33,321 nt of DNA, taken from positions 1-33,321 of the forward strand of contig VBQI01000008.1 in the NCBI GenBank assembly GCA_008297865.1, in the 5' to 3' direction. The stretch's first letter is position 1; every line of letters starts with the position of its first letter. The notes under the pieces were generated by a model that was not told where the DNA came from, searched no databases, and worked only from the letters and a program-made list of their open reading frames with translations. The translations under genes were made by a program, and so were the position numbers. Shown one piece after another: positions 18,966 through 28,411 of this stretch. This stretch comes from Thermoplasmata archaeon (GTDB lineage: Archaea > Thermoplasmatota > E2 > UBA202 > JdFR-43).

Positions 18966-19714
18966 TCATTGTTAAGCTGGGAGGAAGTGTCATAAGCAAT
19001 AAGAATAAACCTTTTTCATTTAATGAAAATGTGGTTGAAAACCTTGCAGAAGAAATATCACAATTTTATCCAGAGAAAAAGTTTTTGGTTGTTCATGGGG
19101 GAGGTAGCTTCGGCCATCCTCTAGCAAAGAAATATGAGTTGAGGAAAGGATTGAATGAGGAAAGGAAAGTTGGATTCAGTTATACGCATGAAGCAATGCT
19201 CGAGTTGAATAAGAAAATTATTAATATATTTCTTGAAAAGAATCTGCCTGCATTTTCTGTAAGCCCTTCTTCCATTTTTTTAATTGAGAAGGGAGAAATT
19301 GTGGAGGGATGGCTAAAGATAATAGAGGAACTTCTGGATAAGGATTTTATTCCAGTTTTGTTTGGAGATGTTGCCATAGCAAAAGATAAGGGCATAGATA
19401 TACTCTCTGGCGATCAAATTATCTCTTTCTTAGCAAATAAAATGAAGCCAGAGAAAGTAATTTTTCTCATGGATGTTGATGGCATCTACACTAAAAGCCC
19501 AGAAGAGAAGGATGCAGAATTAATTGAAGTTATAGATGAAAAGCTAAAACCGGAGGGAAAAGCTGGCGTGTATGATGTTACGGGAGGGATAAAAAATAAA
19601 ATAGAGCAGGCATTGAAAATGCCATGCCAAGTTTATTTCATAAATGGAATGATAAAAGGAAATTTAACTAAGGCAATAAAAGGAGAGAAAATAGGAACAA
19701 GAAAGAAGTTATAA
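18962..19714 (+). CDS. ipk: Isopentenyl phosphate kinase
   Basis: KLGGSVI, HGGGSFGH, SGDQI, DVDGIY, DVTGGI..K. Confidence 0.92.
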   Translation: MIIVKLGGSVISNKNKPFSFNENVVENLAEEISQFYPEKKFLVVHGGGSFGHPLAKKYELRKGLNEERKVGFSYTHEAMLELNKKIINIFLEKNLPAFSVSPSSIFLIEKGEIVEGWLKIIEELLDKDFIPVLFGDVAIAKDKGIDILSGDQIISFLANKMKPEKVIFLMDVDGIYTKSPEEKDAELIEVIDEKLKPEGKAGVYDVTGGIKNKIEQALKMPCQVYFINGMIKGNLTKAIKGEKIGTRKKL

Positions 19715-19716
19715 CA

Positions 19717-20004
19717 TTAACTATTTTTTACTGCTTTCATCACAACTGCAAGAAAATCATCTTTATTTACACCTATAACTTGAATCTTTTTAAAGAAACT
19801 TTTTAAAATATTCTGCAAATCATCAATTTTAACCCCTTTCAGTTTCTCTTCCAATTCTTCTATTTTTTCTTCGGGATGCATGAAAAAATCCCCACTAAAC
19901 TTAATTTTTTCTATAATTCCATCTTTAATTTTAACTTCGCATTTAATCAATTTTCCTCCTTTAACTTTCAATTCACCTTTTAAAATTCCATTCCTTACTT
20001 TCAT
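19717..20004 (-). CDS. lplB: Lipoate-protein ligase accessory (C-terminal domain) subunit
   Basis: KVKGGKLI, IKFSGDFFMHPEE.IEELE; SD GAGGGTGA upstream. Confidence 0.85.
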   Translation of the reverse strand: MKVRNGILKGELKVKGGKLIKCEVKIKDGIIEKIKFSGDFFMHPEEKIEELEEKLKGVKIDDLQNILKSFFKKIQVIGVNKDDFLAVVMKAVKNS

Positions 20005-20710
20005 ACTTCACCCTCAACTTCTCTGCCAGTTCCTTTTCCTTCTCATCCATTTTCCCTTCAAAAAATTTTATTTTCATTTTTTCTCTGAAACCCCTCATTA
20101 TCGCGTTAATAACTTCTTCCTTGCTAATTTCTCCAATTTCATTCTCTATGGACGTAACCCTCTCCTCAGCCCTTTTTATTTGTTTATCACTAATTTTTTC
20201 TTTGCTAACTTTAAGCAATGAAAACATTTTTTTCACATTTACTTTAAGCAATATAGTTCCATGTTGCAATACATTTCCATATCTCCTTGTCTGAGCACTT
20301 CCAGAAATTTTCTTGTCATTTACTATAATATCATTTATTCCTGCATGCTCTGCTTTTATTCCTACATACTTTAAACCATGAGCAATTGATGAGCATATAA
20401 TAGAGTAAGAGTCCATAATGTTTTGAGGCAACATATTTTGAGGGCATACTATGGAGTAAGTTATCTCTCCATTTTCATCATGGTAAACTGCTCCCCCACC
20501 AGTTATGCGACGCACAACGTCTACCCTTTGTCTCTTGCATTCTTCTAAATTTACTTCATCCTCAATGCATTGGAAATAGCCTATTGAAATAGCTGATGGC
20601 TTCCATGTATAAAAGCGCAAGGTTGGTATACCCTTTCTAAGCAATGCCTCATCAATTGCCATATTTGAAAAAGCATCGTTTGCTGGATGCAATATAAGGC
20701 GCCATTGCAT
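19973..20710 (-). CDS. lplA: Lipoate-protein ligase catalytic subunit
   Basis: NMAIDEAL, LRFYTW, RRITGGGAVYHD, KKISGSAQ, LQHGT. Confidence 0.92.
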   Translation of the reverse strand: MQWRLILHPANDAFSNMAIDEALLRKGIPTLRFYTWKPSAISIGYFQCIEDEVNLEECKRQRVDVVRRITGGGAVYHDENGEITYSIVCPQNMLPQNIMDSYSIICSSIAHGLKYVGIKAEHAGINDIIVNDKKISGSAQTRRYGNVLQHGTILLKVNVKKMFSLLKVSKEKISDKQIKRAEERVTSIENEIGEISKEEVINAIMRGFREKMKIKFFEGKMDEKEKELAEKLRVKYESKEWNFKR

Positions 20711-20779
20711 ATGTGTAAATATAATTAGCCTAAATTATTATCGGCGAAATGAATATATGGTGGTGGAGAATATTCATGT

Positions 20780-21091
20780 ATGAAAAAAACTCCGTGCGAA
20801 GTCATTGTATGGAATGTAATTCCATGCATAAGAAAAAGATTGGCAGAAAATCTTTTAAAATATGGATTAAGCCAGAAAGCAATTGCAGAAAAAATTGGGG
20901 TGAGTGATGCGGCCATTTCTCAATATCTTTCAAACAAAAGAGGAAGCAACGATACTTTCGATGAAAACATTGGAAAAGAAATAGAAAAATCTGCAAAGAA
21001 AATTTTGGATGGAGGAGACGTTATAAAAGAAATTTGCAGAATATGCAATATTGTCAAAAAAGAAATGAAAATAGAGGATACTATCTGCTGA
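20780..21091 (+). CDS. Archaeal XRE-type HTH transcriptional regulator
   Basis: PCE....VIP.IR, GLSQKAIAEKIGVSDAAISQYLS.KRG, C-terminal CxxC. Confidence 0.82.
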   Translation: MKKTPCEVIVWNVIPCIRKRLAENLLKYGLSQKAIAEKIGVSDAAISQYLSNKRGSNDTFDENIGKEIEKSAKKILDGGDVIKEICRICNIVKKEMKIEDTIC

Positions 21092-21601
21092 TTACCACTT
21101 ATTGTAGTGTATTATGTCTTCCCTCAGCCATTTTTCAGATGGTACTTCATCAGCATAGCCAACAGGAACTATTGCAATTGGTTTCACATATGGTGGAAGA
21201 CGTAGAATTTCTCTTACTTTTTCCTCATCAAAAGCTCCCACCCAACATGTAGCAAGTCCTTCATCAAATGCGGCAAGCAAAAAATTTTCTATAGCGGCAG
21301 AAGTATCTTCTATACAATACAATTTTCCTCTCTGCCCATATGGCGATATTCTTTTCTCATTTGCACAAAAAACTATAACAATTGGTGCTTCCGAAACAAA
21401 TTCCTGATTATAAGAAGCTTCTGCAAGTTCTTCCTTCTTTTTTTGGTCATCTACTATTATAAAATCTCTCGCTTGCAAATTACCAGCAGAAGGAGCATAA
21501 TTTGCGAGAAGAAGGAGATTCTCAACAATATCTCTGGCAACTGGTTTATTTGTAAATTTTCGTATAGATCTCCTTTTCTTTATCGCCTCTTTTAATTCCA
21601 T
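21092..21601 (-). CDS. Nitroreductase family protein
   Basis: RRSIRKF, APSAGNLQ, GLATCWVGAF, PVGY; start reassigned to ATG 21601. Confidence 0.92.
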   Translation of the reverse strand: MELKEAIKKRRSIRKFTNKPVARDIVENLLLLANYAPSAGNLQARDFIIVDDQKKKEELAEASYNQEFVSEAPIVIVFCANEKRISPYGQRGKLYCIEDTSAAIENFLLAAFDEGLATCWVGAFDEEKVREILRLPPYVKPIAIVPVGYADEVPSEKWLREDIIHYNKW

Positions 21602-21897
21602 TACGCCTTCATGATGCCCGCCAAGAAGGCACCTAAAGCAATCAATGCACCTATTACGCCGCCAATTATTGAAGCAATTCCATCTCTTACTGTATTCCAG
21701 TCCCATGCAGGACTTCCCCACAGTGCGCCACCGCTATAATTGTAGAATATGATAGCAACTATTATACCGATTATGAACAGCACGCTTCCTATAGCTCTGC
21801 TTTTTCCAGAGCCAAAATACATTGTAAATATTCCAGCAATTATCGTTCCTATAGCAAACACCAAAAGAAGCATACTCAAAAACAATTCCCATGCTAT
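21601..21897 (-). CDS. Small three-TM membrane protein (start uncertain)
   Basis: Hydrophobic ORF with YFGSGKSR loop, between the Lrp-domain gene and nitroreductase; SD at 21902-21910 points to ATA 21897, while the track uses TTG 21885. Confidence 0.7.
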   Translation of the reverse strand: MAWELFLSMLLLVFAIGTIIAGIFTMYFGSGKSRAIGSVLFIIGIIVAIIFYNYSGGALWGSPAWDWNTVRDGIASIIGGVIGALIALGAFLAGIMKA

Positions 21898-21908
21898 TTT
21901 ATCACCTC

Positions 21909-22142
21909 CTAAAATTTAGTTCCAGTTAAAGTTTTTGTATCAGCTACGCCATCTATGGAGCGTATTCTTTCAACCACTATCTTTCCAAGCTCTTCCAAGT
22001 CTTTCGCTTCTACTTTTGCAATCAAGTCGTATTCTCCAAATAAGGGATGTAGTTCGATAATTTCTTTTATCTTCAATAGTTCATTATAAACTTGATGTTC
22101 TTTTGCAGGTGCCGTCGATATTAAGATAAAGCCTATTGGCAT
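21909..22142 (-). CDS. Stand-alone Lrp/AsnC ligand-binding domain protein
   Basis: MPIGFILI...LFGEYDLIAKVEA...IRSIDGV.DTKTL; start reassigned to ATG 22142. Confidence 0.88.
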   Translation of the reverse strand: MPIGFILISTAPAKEHQVYNELLKIKEIIELHPLFGEYDLIAKVEAKDLEELGKIVVERIRSIDGVADTKTLTGTKF

Positions 22143-22239
22143 GTCTATCAGCTCGTAATATAATTTATCCTTATTAACCTTTCTATTTTCCATCAAGCAA
22201 TTTTTAGAAAATTTTTTATTAGGTAGAGTTAATACACAA

Positions 22240-22527
22240 ATGGTAGAAATTCAGCTTGTATCTATTATCTTTCTAATAGCCTGTATAGTTACTATATTAA
22301 TCTGGATATTTATCTATAAATGGGTATGTAAAAATAAGGAAAAAGTGCCAGGTAGATTTTTTGAATACATTTTTTTCTTATTCCTATTTTTTGCAAGTTA
22401 TTATTTAACTTGGGCATCTTCCTTTAGAGGGGCAAAAGCATTGTTTAGACTATCTCTTATGGCATCATTTCTTATAAGTGCAATTTTTTCTGGCTATCTC
22501 CATTACGTAAAAAAGATATATAATTGA
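22240..22527 (+). CDS. Hypothetical membrane protein (3 TM)
   Basis: 95-aa hydrophobic ORF filling the intergenic space. Confidence 0.6.
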   Translation: MVEIQLVSIIFLIACIVTILIWIFIYKWVCKNKEKVPGRFFEYIFFLFLFFASYYLTWASSFRGAKALFRLSLMASFLISAIFSGYLHYVKKIYN

Positions 22528-22533
22528 GTAATT

Positions 22534-24171
22534 TTAGCCATAGGTAACGAAGCATGCATCCAGCATGCTTTCTCTCTCCCAACTAACCCCTGCATCCCCT
22601 GAGTGATAAAAACTTCCGTAAGGATATGGGTTTTTAATACCTACAACCCATACTACGCCCCAATCTGCATTGTTGCTTCTGCACACAATATAGTATTCTT
22701 TCCTAGGAACAACTTTTATATCCGGAAAATCAAACATTATCCACTCTGTTTCCCATTCTTTGCTGACAGGTATTGTGAGAGAGAAGGTCATCAAATCACT
22801 TCCATTAAGACTTTCTCTGAGCGAAATGGTTACTTCAAAATTTTCTTTCCAAGCAATCAAGCCGAGTTCAATTTTAGATAAATTGCTAATGCTTGGAATA
22901 AATGATTGGGCAAGCCATCTTGTATTGTTTATGATATATGCATAATATCCATTTACCTGTCTTTGATCAACTATTTTTTCTGCCATGCTAACTGTGAAAC
23001 TTGCTGTATCACTTTCAGCCCCTTTTTCATCTTCTGCAATCACTTTTATTACATATGTGCCTTCTTTATTCCATGAGTGAGACACGCTAATAACTTCTCC
23101 AGATTCATATAGCTTGCTCCATTCTGTAGATCCATCTCCCCAATCAATGAAGTATCTTATTCTATCCTCCTCTGGATCTTCTGAATAAAGCTGGTATGTT
23201 TGCAAAACATTTATTTTTCCCGTTTCATTTCCCGAAATTGTTGGCTCTGAAGGAGGTAGTTCAACTTCCGTTAGATACAACTCGCCTGGGTAGTCATCAA
23301 ATATTTGGGGATACATTCCATAATACTTTTCTATAATTGGCTGGGCGTACCAAAAGGCCTCTTCTGCTGAACATATTCCATCTCCATTTTTATCTCCATA
23401 CCCCTTCAGGCCCTCTACTAAATAATGTGTAAAAAATGAACCGTAAGAAGTATCTTCTTCTCTCACTGAAGTCATTACCACTCTATTTTTCCCCCTCAAT
23501 TCTACACTCAATTCTTTTGCAAATTTCTTTGCATAACTCCAGTTATCATTGAATCCGCCACTATGACAGCTATCTACAATTAAGCATATTCCTTTCGATT
23601 CCAGCCTGTTTAAAAAATAGTTAATTTCATCATCTGTTAAAATTGCAAATGGATTTGCCAACGGCTCCCAGCTCCATGGATTTTCAAAAGGCAGAAAGCC
23701 ACGATAGGTAGCGAGAGCTTCATCCATTTCGTCTTTTTCATCAAAAGGGGGTAAATCAAAGATTATTGGAAAACCATGTGTTGTGAGATAAATAAGACAA
23801 ATATCATTTTCATCTTCCATCTTATCGAGCCATCTGAAACCCTTTATTATATTGAGTAAAGTTGCATTCTCAGCAGTAATAACTTTTATATGATTCTCAT
23901 CCCACCATTCGGAAACAAGCAATGTTTTGTATAAATTCTCCACTTCTTTAAGCATGGACGGGCGGTTCATCTCTGGAACATTTGCATACACGCCAACAGC
24001 AACAAGCAAAGCCCAGTATTCTGTATCTGCAGAACTTTCCTCAAAGGAAATAACTGGTAATCTCATCTGCTCCTTTTCCTGAAAAACAGGTGCATTTGAT
24101 TCTGTCAACATTGAACTCAACATTAAACAAATTATAAGGAAAGGACCAAGTTCCTTTATAACGAGGGACAT
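22534..24171 (-). CDS. Secreted caspase-family (peptidase C14) protein with PKD domain and beta-rich C-terminal domain
   Basis: YWALLVAVG.Y, ENAT..NI, YLTTHG (His), IVDSCHSGGF (Cys), FTHYLVEGL.G, IDWGDGS...HSW..EGTY.IKV; start uncertain (24171-24234). Confidence 0.82.
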   Translation of the reverse strand: MSLVIKELGPFLIICLMLSSMLTESNAPVFQEKEQMRLPVISFEESSADTEYWALLVAVGVYANVPEMNRPSMLKEVENLYKTLLVSEWWDENHIKVITAENATLLNIIKGFRWLDKMEDENDICLIYLTTHGFPIIFDLPPFDEKDEMDEALATYRGFLPFENPWSWEPLANPFAILTDDEINYFLNRLESKGICLIVDSCHSGGFNDNWSYAKKFAKELSVELRGKNRVVMTSVREEDTSYGSFFTHYLVEGLKGYGDKNGDGICSAEEAFWYAQPIIEKYYGMYPQIFDDYPGELYLTEVELPPSEPTISGNETGKINVLQTYQLYSEDPEEDRIRYFIDWGDGSTEWSKLYESGEVISVSHSWNKEGTYVIKVIAEDEKGAESDTASFTVSMAEKIVDQRQVNGYYAYIINNTRWLAQSFIPSISNLSKIELGLIAWKENFEVTISLRESLNGSDLMTFSLTIPVSKEWETEWIMFDFPDIKVVPRKEYYIVCRSNNADWGVVWVVGIKNPYPYGSFYHSGDAGVSWERESMLDACFVTYG

Positions 24172-24259
24172 GAAATTAAAATCAATTTCCATATAAAAGA
24201 GTTTGTTCTCCCAAAAATGATATTCAAAATCCATTTATACATTCACTATTTTTTCCTCG

Positions 24260-26320
24260 ATGAAAAAGATAATAGTATTGTTGCTAACTCTACTCTTAAC
24301 CATTTCATTATCTCATGCAAAAATTGACTTGGCTATTGAATGGATTAAAGCAGAAAGAATTGTAGGAGAGGGGGAAATTGTAGAAATAAAAGCTAAGGTT
24401 TTGAATTTAGGGGAAAGCACTTCCTTCACTATATCCTTCTATTATGATTCTATCGATCCAGAGCATCTAATAGCAAGGAAACATTATGATTCAATTAACG
24501 TGTACAGAATCCCATCTGTAAAGTGGGATACAAAGGATTTGATAGGCGACCATACAATTATTGCATATGTTGAGGATGGATACAAAGAAAACAATTATGC
24601 CTTCTACAATATTTCTATTGTTGAGACAAAACCAGATGAAAATGAAAGGAAAATAATGATTTGTGAAGTATATTATTATGCTCGTCCCAACAGGAATAAT
24701 GAATATATTTGCATAGCTAATAGTGGAGAGAGAAAAGTAAATATGGAAGGATGGTATCTCACTACTGAGCCGTGGGAAAGAGCAGATGAGCAGAATAAGA
24801 TCATTCTCCCTGATGTAGAACTAAATTGTAGTGAAAAAATTTACATTACCCAAAATGGGAGTAGCTTTAAAATAGAAACTGGATTTGAAGCAGATTTTGA
24901 ATGGTACAACTGCTCTCATGTGCCAGATATAGAAAGGGAAGGAAGGTTTGTTTTGCCGAATCATGGAGGAATTGTATGCCTTAAAGATAAATACAATCAT
25001 TCAATTGATGTTGTAGTTTACGGAGATGTTTCGTATAGCGATGGATGGATTGGAGAAGCAGTAAAAAATGTTGATAAAGGAGTTGTGTTAAAAAGAAAGG
25101 ATTTTGTCGATACAAATACAAGCAAGGATTGGGAGCGGAGTATTATTGGACAATCCGAATTCCCTTCTTTTAGGGGAAAAGCCTATAGAGCTATTGCTTT
25201 TTGCTCTCCCGATTGCTCTTATGATGTTATTTCTAAAGAGTTAGTAAATATAAGCGAGATAAAGCTAAACCTGTATATGTTTACCGATCCTTTTCTTGCG
25301 GATTTGTTAAATAAAACAAATGCAGAAATGAAAATTCTTTTAGATGGAAATGTAATCGGTGGCTTACCCATGGAAGAAAGATATATTGCATGGATGCTTA
25401 GCAAAAAAGGAGAAGTGAGATATATGATGGCAAATGAGGAAGAGGGTGTATACAAGAGATATAAGTATAATCATGCAAAATATGCGATTATAGACGGCAA
25501 AAAGTGCATTATAGAATCTGCAAATTGGGTGAAAAACGGCGTGCCCATCGATAATTCGTATGGAAATAGAGAATGGGGGGTTTTAATTGAGAATGAAAGC
25601 TTGGCAGACTATCTCTCAACTGTTTTTCTTTACGACTGGAACCCTTCTTTTCAAGATAGCATACCTTTCGATGAAAAAAGCTTCACACATGGCAGGCCAC
25701 CCGAAGATTTCTCTATGAATTATTTTATTCCAAAAGGTGACTATGTAGCAAAATTTTCACCTTTGTATTTAAATTCCTCTTTCAATTTTACAGTTATAGT
25801 TGCCCCAGACAATGCCGAAGAAGAAATATTACATCTTCTTGATACAGCTGAAAAAGAAATATTGGTTGAGCAGGCATATATTGAGAAAGATTGGGAAGAT
25901 GGAATTAATCCTTTGCTTGAAAAACTAATCGAGAAAAATGAGAGTGGGGTAAGGGTCAAGATTATACTTAACTACAATCCTGCATATTATTCAACAAATA
26001 AAATGAATGAGGAAACTTGCGATTTTTTGAAAAATATTGATGTTAAACTCCAAAAGGAATTGAATATACACAATAAAGGTGTAATTGTAGATGGAGAGAA
26101 AGTACTTATATCTTCTATTAATTGGGGAGAAAATTCAATAAGGAGAAATAGAGAGGTGGGAATAATAATAGAAAGTGAAGAGATGGCAGAATATTTTGAA
26201 AAAATTTTTTGGTATGACTGGAACTATAAATTTGAAGAAAAGGCAGGATATGAAAAAATATTTGTTTTCGCTATCTTTATAATAACCTTTCTCTTAATCT
26301 ACCTACATTGGAGGAAATGA
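24260..26320 (+). CDS. Membrane-anchored phospholipase D-family protein with CARDB-like and lamin-tail-like domains
   Basis: Signal peptide, ICEVYY...NEYI.I.N...V...GWYL, two HKD motifs (HAKYAIID, HNKGVIVD), C-terminal TM. Confidence 0.88.
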   Translation: MKKIIVLLLTLLLTISLSHAKIDLAIEWIKAERIVGEGEIVEIKAKVLNLGESTSFTISFYYDSIDPEHLIARKHYDSINVYRIPSVKWDTKDLIGDHTIIAYVEDGYKENNYAFYNISIVETKPDENERKIMICEVYYYARPNRNNEYICIANSGERKVNMEGWYLTTEPWERADEQNKIILPDVELNCSEKIYITQNGSSFKIETGFEADFEWYNCSHVPDIEREGRFVLPNHGGIVCLKDKYNHSIDVVVYGDVSYSDGWIGEAVKNVDKGVVLKRKDFVDTNTSKDWERSIIGQSEFPSFRGKAYRAIAFCSPDCSYDVISKELVNISEIKLNLYMFTDPFLADLLNKTNAEMKILLDGNVIGGLPMEERYIAWMLSKKGEVRYMMANEEEGVYKRYKYNHAKYAIIDGKKCIIESANWVKNGVPIDNSYGNREWGVLIENESLADYLSTVFLYDWNPSFQDSIPFDEKSFTHGRPPEDFSMNYFIPKGDYVAKFSPLYLNSSFNFTVIVAPDNAEEEILHLLDTAEKEILVEQAYIEKDWEDGINPLLEKLIEKNESGVRVKIILNYNPAYYSTNKMNEETCDFLKNIDVKLQKELNIHNKGVIVDGEKVLISSINWGENSIRRNREVGIIIESEEMAEYFEKIFWYDWNYKFEEKAGYEKIFVFAIFIITFLLIYLHWRK

Positions 26321-26321
26321 A

Positions 26322-27185
26322 ATGCTTGCAAAAATAATTTCAATAGCTGTTCCTCTTGCCATCGTTCTTCCTATTGTATATGGATTTATCAGAAAAATTC
26401 CCTTATCGCTTATGCTAATCTTATCAAATTTTATCGTATTTTTTATAACATTTCCTTTTCTTAAGCTCGCAATAAATGAATTTGCATTCAATCCCTTATA
26501 TCTTAGCAGTTTAACTAAAATATATACTATTTTCACTTCAATGTTTTTGCATGGTGGTTTTGATCACATACTCTTCAATATGATTGGACTATTTTTTATT
26601 GGTTTACCATTTGAAAATGAAGTAGGGACAAAAAAATTCATCACCATATATTTCATTTCTGGAATTTCTGCTGCCTTGCTATTTTCCTTTTACAATTTTG
26701 GTGAAACTTATCTTATAGGGGCATCTGGAGCAATTTTTGGGATACTTGGCGCGTTTGCAGCATGTTGCCCATTTAAAAGAGTTTTTGTTCCTGTGCCAAT
26801 GTTCATAATGTTTTTTATGAGAATTCCCGTTATTGTTCTCGCCTTGCTATATGCTGGACTTGAAACATTCTATACATTGCTCGGTGCGCCTGATGGCGTT
26901 GCACATTCAGCTCATCTTGGGGGGTTCATAGCGGGCGTGTTTATGTATCCATTTATAAAAAGAAAGGTGGAAGCAAGGACTGACATCAACATTAATGATT
27001 TAGAGGAACTGATAGTTAACGATAAACAAAGAGAGATTTTTGATAAAGTGAAGCAGGCTGATGAAGCAGATGTAAGAGATGCATGGCTTTCCTATCTTTT
27101 AAAACATGTTAAATGTCCAAAATGTGGGGGAGAGATTTCTGTTAAAGAAGGAATAAAATGCAAAAAATGCGGTTATAAAAAATGA
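26322..27185 (+). CDS. Rhomboid intramembrane serine protease with C-terminal Zn ribbon
   Basis: TSMFLHGG..HI.FNM, GASGAI, AHSAHLGG; CPKC...CKKC. Confidence 0.92.
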   Translation: MLAKIISIAVPLAIVLPIVYGFIRKIPLSLMLILSNFIVFFITFPFLKLAINEFAFNPLYLSSLTKIYTIFTSMFLHGGFDHILFNMIGLFFIGLPFENEVGTKKFITIYFISGISAALLFSFYNFGETYLIGASGAIFGILGAFAACCPFKRVFVPVPMFIMFFMRIPVIVLALLYAGLETFYTLLGAPDGVAHSAHLGGFIAGVFMYPFIKRKVEARTDININDLEELIVNDKQREIFDKVKQADEADVRDAWLSYLLKHVKCPKCGGEISVKEGIKCKKCGYKK

Positions 27186-28288
27186 AGAATTACATATGCT
27201 ACAATCACTCCTCCATTTAAATATGGCAACCCTGGCTGTGGGCCTTTCGAAATAAGCGTCATGAGGAGAATATAGCCAATTAATGCTCCTAGTAATGTTA
27301 AAATAAAGCCCGTCAGTCCATATTCAAGATAGGATGCAGTAATCAGAATCCCTGGAATTACAACGTCTCCGAGCCCCATATAAACTGCATCCCTCTCATC
27401 TCGCCATTTATCCCTTAAATATGAATAAGAAGCTTTTTTTGGGAAAATCATGAGCAATGGAAGATGAGACGATACCGCTGTTTCTGCAAGTTTTACCATA
27501 TGTTTTGTTTTGTAAACAGAAACCGCATCATAAATTGCTAAAGCAATGAGAAATAGTAGTATTAGCTCAATTGAAAGTGATATGGCAAAAATGGCAGATA
27601 TACCTCCAGCAAGAAAAATTCCGAAAGTGTCAATAACATACCACTCTGGATATTTTACTAAAAGAAACAACATTACCACTGATATTATAAAAGCAGACAA
27701 AATGGCAAAAGTAGATTCATATGCAAATGAAACATCAGTTTCTATTGGCGGAACATTATTTCCTTTTCTCTCTCCCTTGATATAAATGACTTTACTTTCT
27801 CCCCCTCTAATTTCAGTAAGTGTCCATCTATTGTTGAATCCGGTATCATTTGCGGGCTGGGAAGAAATGAAAGTAAAATTTTCATGGTAAAGCGTAGATA
27901 CAACAACATTTTTTACAGGTTTATTTCCTGTATTGTTCACCCATATGGTATATATTAATTTGCCTCCTTGAAAATCCACTTTCTCCTCGATAGTTAAAGA
28001 AGGACTATCTACGGAATAGAAGAAAGCCTGAAAAATGGTGAATGCTGTAAGAAAGAAAAATAACAATATTATATATTTCACCAAATTTTTTCTATACTTT
28101 GCTATAAGCAAAATAATCAGGGTAAAAATGAGGATAATAAAAAAGATGTAAACAATGTTAAGTGGATCATTAGGATTTTCAAATGTTTCAAATCCCGCTT
28201 CTTTAAAAGATGGAGCAACAAAAATTGCTATAAGCTGGCTCACAACAAAAAGCACTGCCATGCCAGCAGGTGCACCAAATTTTTTCAT
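27173..28288 (-). CDS. Presenilin-family (PSH/GxGD) aspartyl intramembrane protease with inserted soluble domain
   Basis: PEWYVID, LAIYDAVSVYKTKHM, MGLGD, QPGLPYL. Confidence 0.9.
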   Translation of the reverse strand: MKKFGAPAGMAVLFVVSQLIAIFVAPSFKEAGFETFENPNDPLNIVYIFFIILIFTLIILLIAKYRKNLVKYIILLFFFLTAFTIFQAFFYSVDSPSLTIEEKVDFQGGKLIYTIWVNNTGNKPVKNVVVSTLYHENFTFISSQPANDTGFNNRWTLTEIRGGESKVIYIKGERKGNNVPPIETDVSFAYESTFAILSAFIISVVMLFLLVKYPEWYVIDTFGIFLAGGISAIFAISLSIELILLFLIALAIYDAVSVYKTKHMVKLAETAVSSHLPLLMIFPKKASYSYLRDKWRDERDAVYMGLGDVVIPGILITASYLEYGLTGFILTLLGALIGYILLMTLISKGPQPGLPYLNGGVIVAYVILHFL

Positions 28289-28320
28289 ACAAGTAAAAGA
28301 TTTAGGATAAATTAATTTTG

Positions 28321-28411
28321 GTTCATATCAATGTTTTTATCAGATGGACTATAAATGCTTCGTGAAAGTAAAAATATTCCTGCCTGAGTTCATATCAATG
28401 TTTTTATCAGA
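28321..28411. repeat. Perfect 24-bp direct repeat, two copies 43 bp apart
   Basis: GTTCATATCAATGTTTTTATCAGA at 28321-28344 and 28388-28411. Confidence 0.9.

Noticed and set aside
19717-20710. Lipoate ligase as a frameshift-split pseudogene
   Set aside because: The second ORF has its own strong SD and ATG; bipartite LplA/LplB is established in Thermoplasma
28321-28411. Mini CRISPR array (24-bp repeat starting GTT, 43-bp spacer)
   Set aside because: Only two copies, one of which is the coding end of a gene; no leader or cas genes
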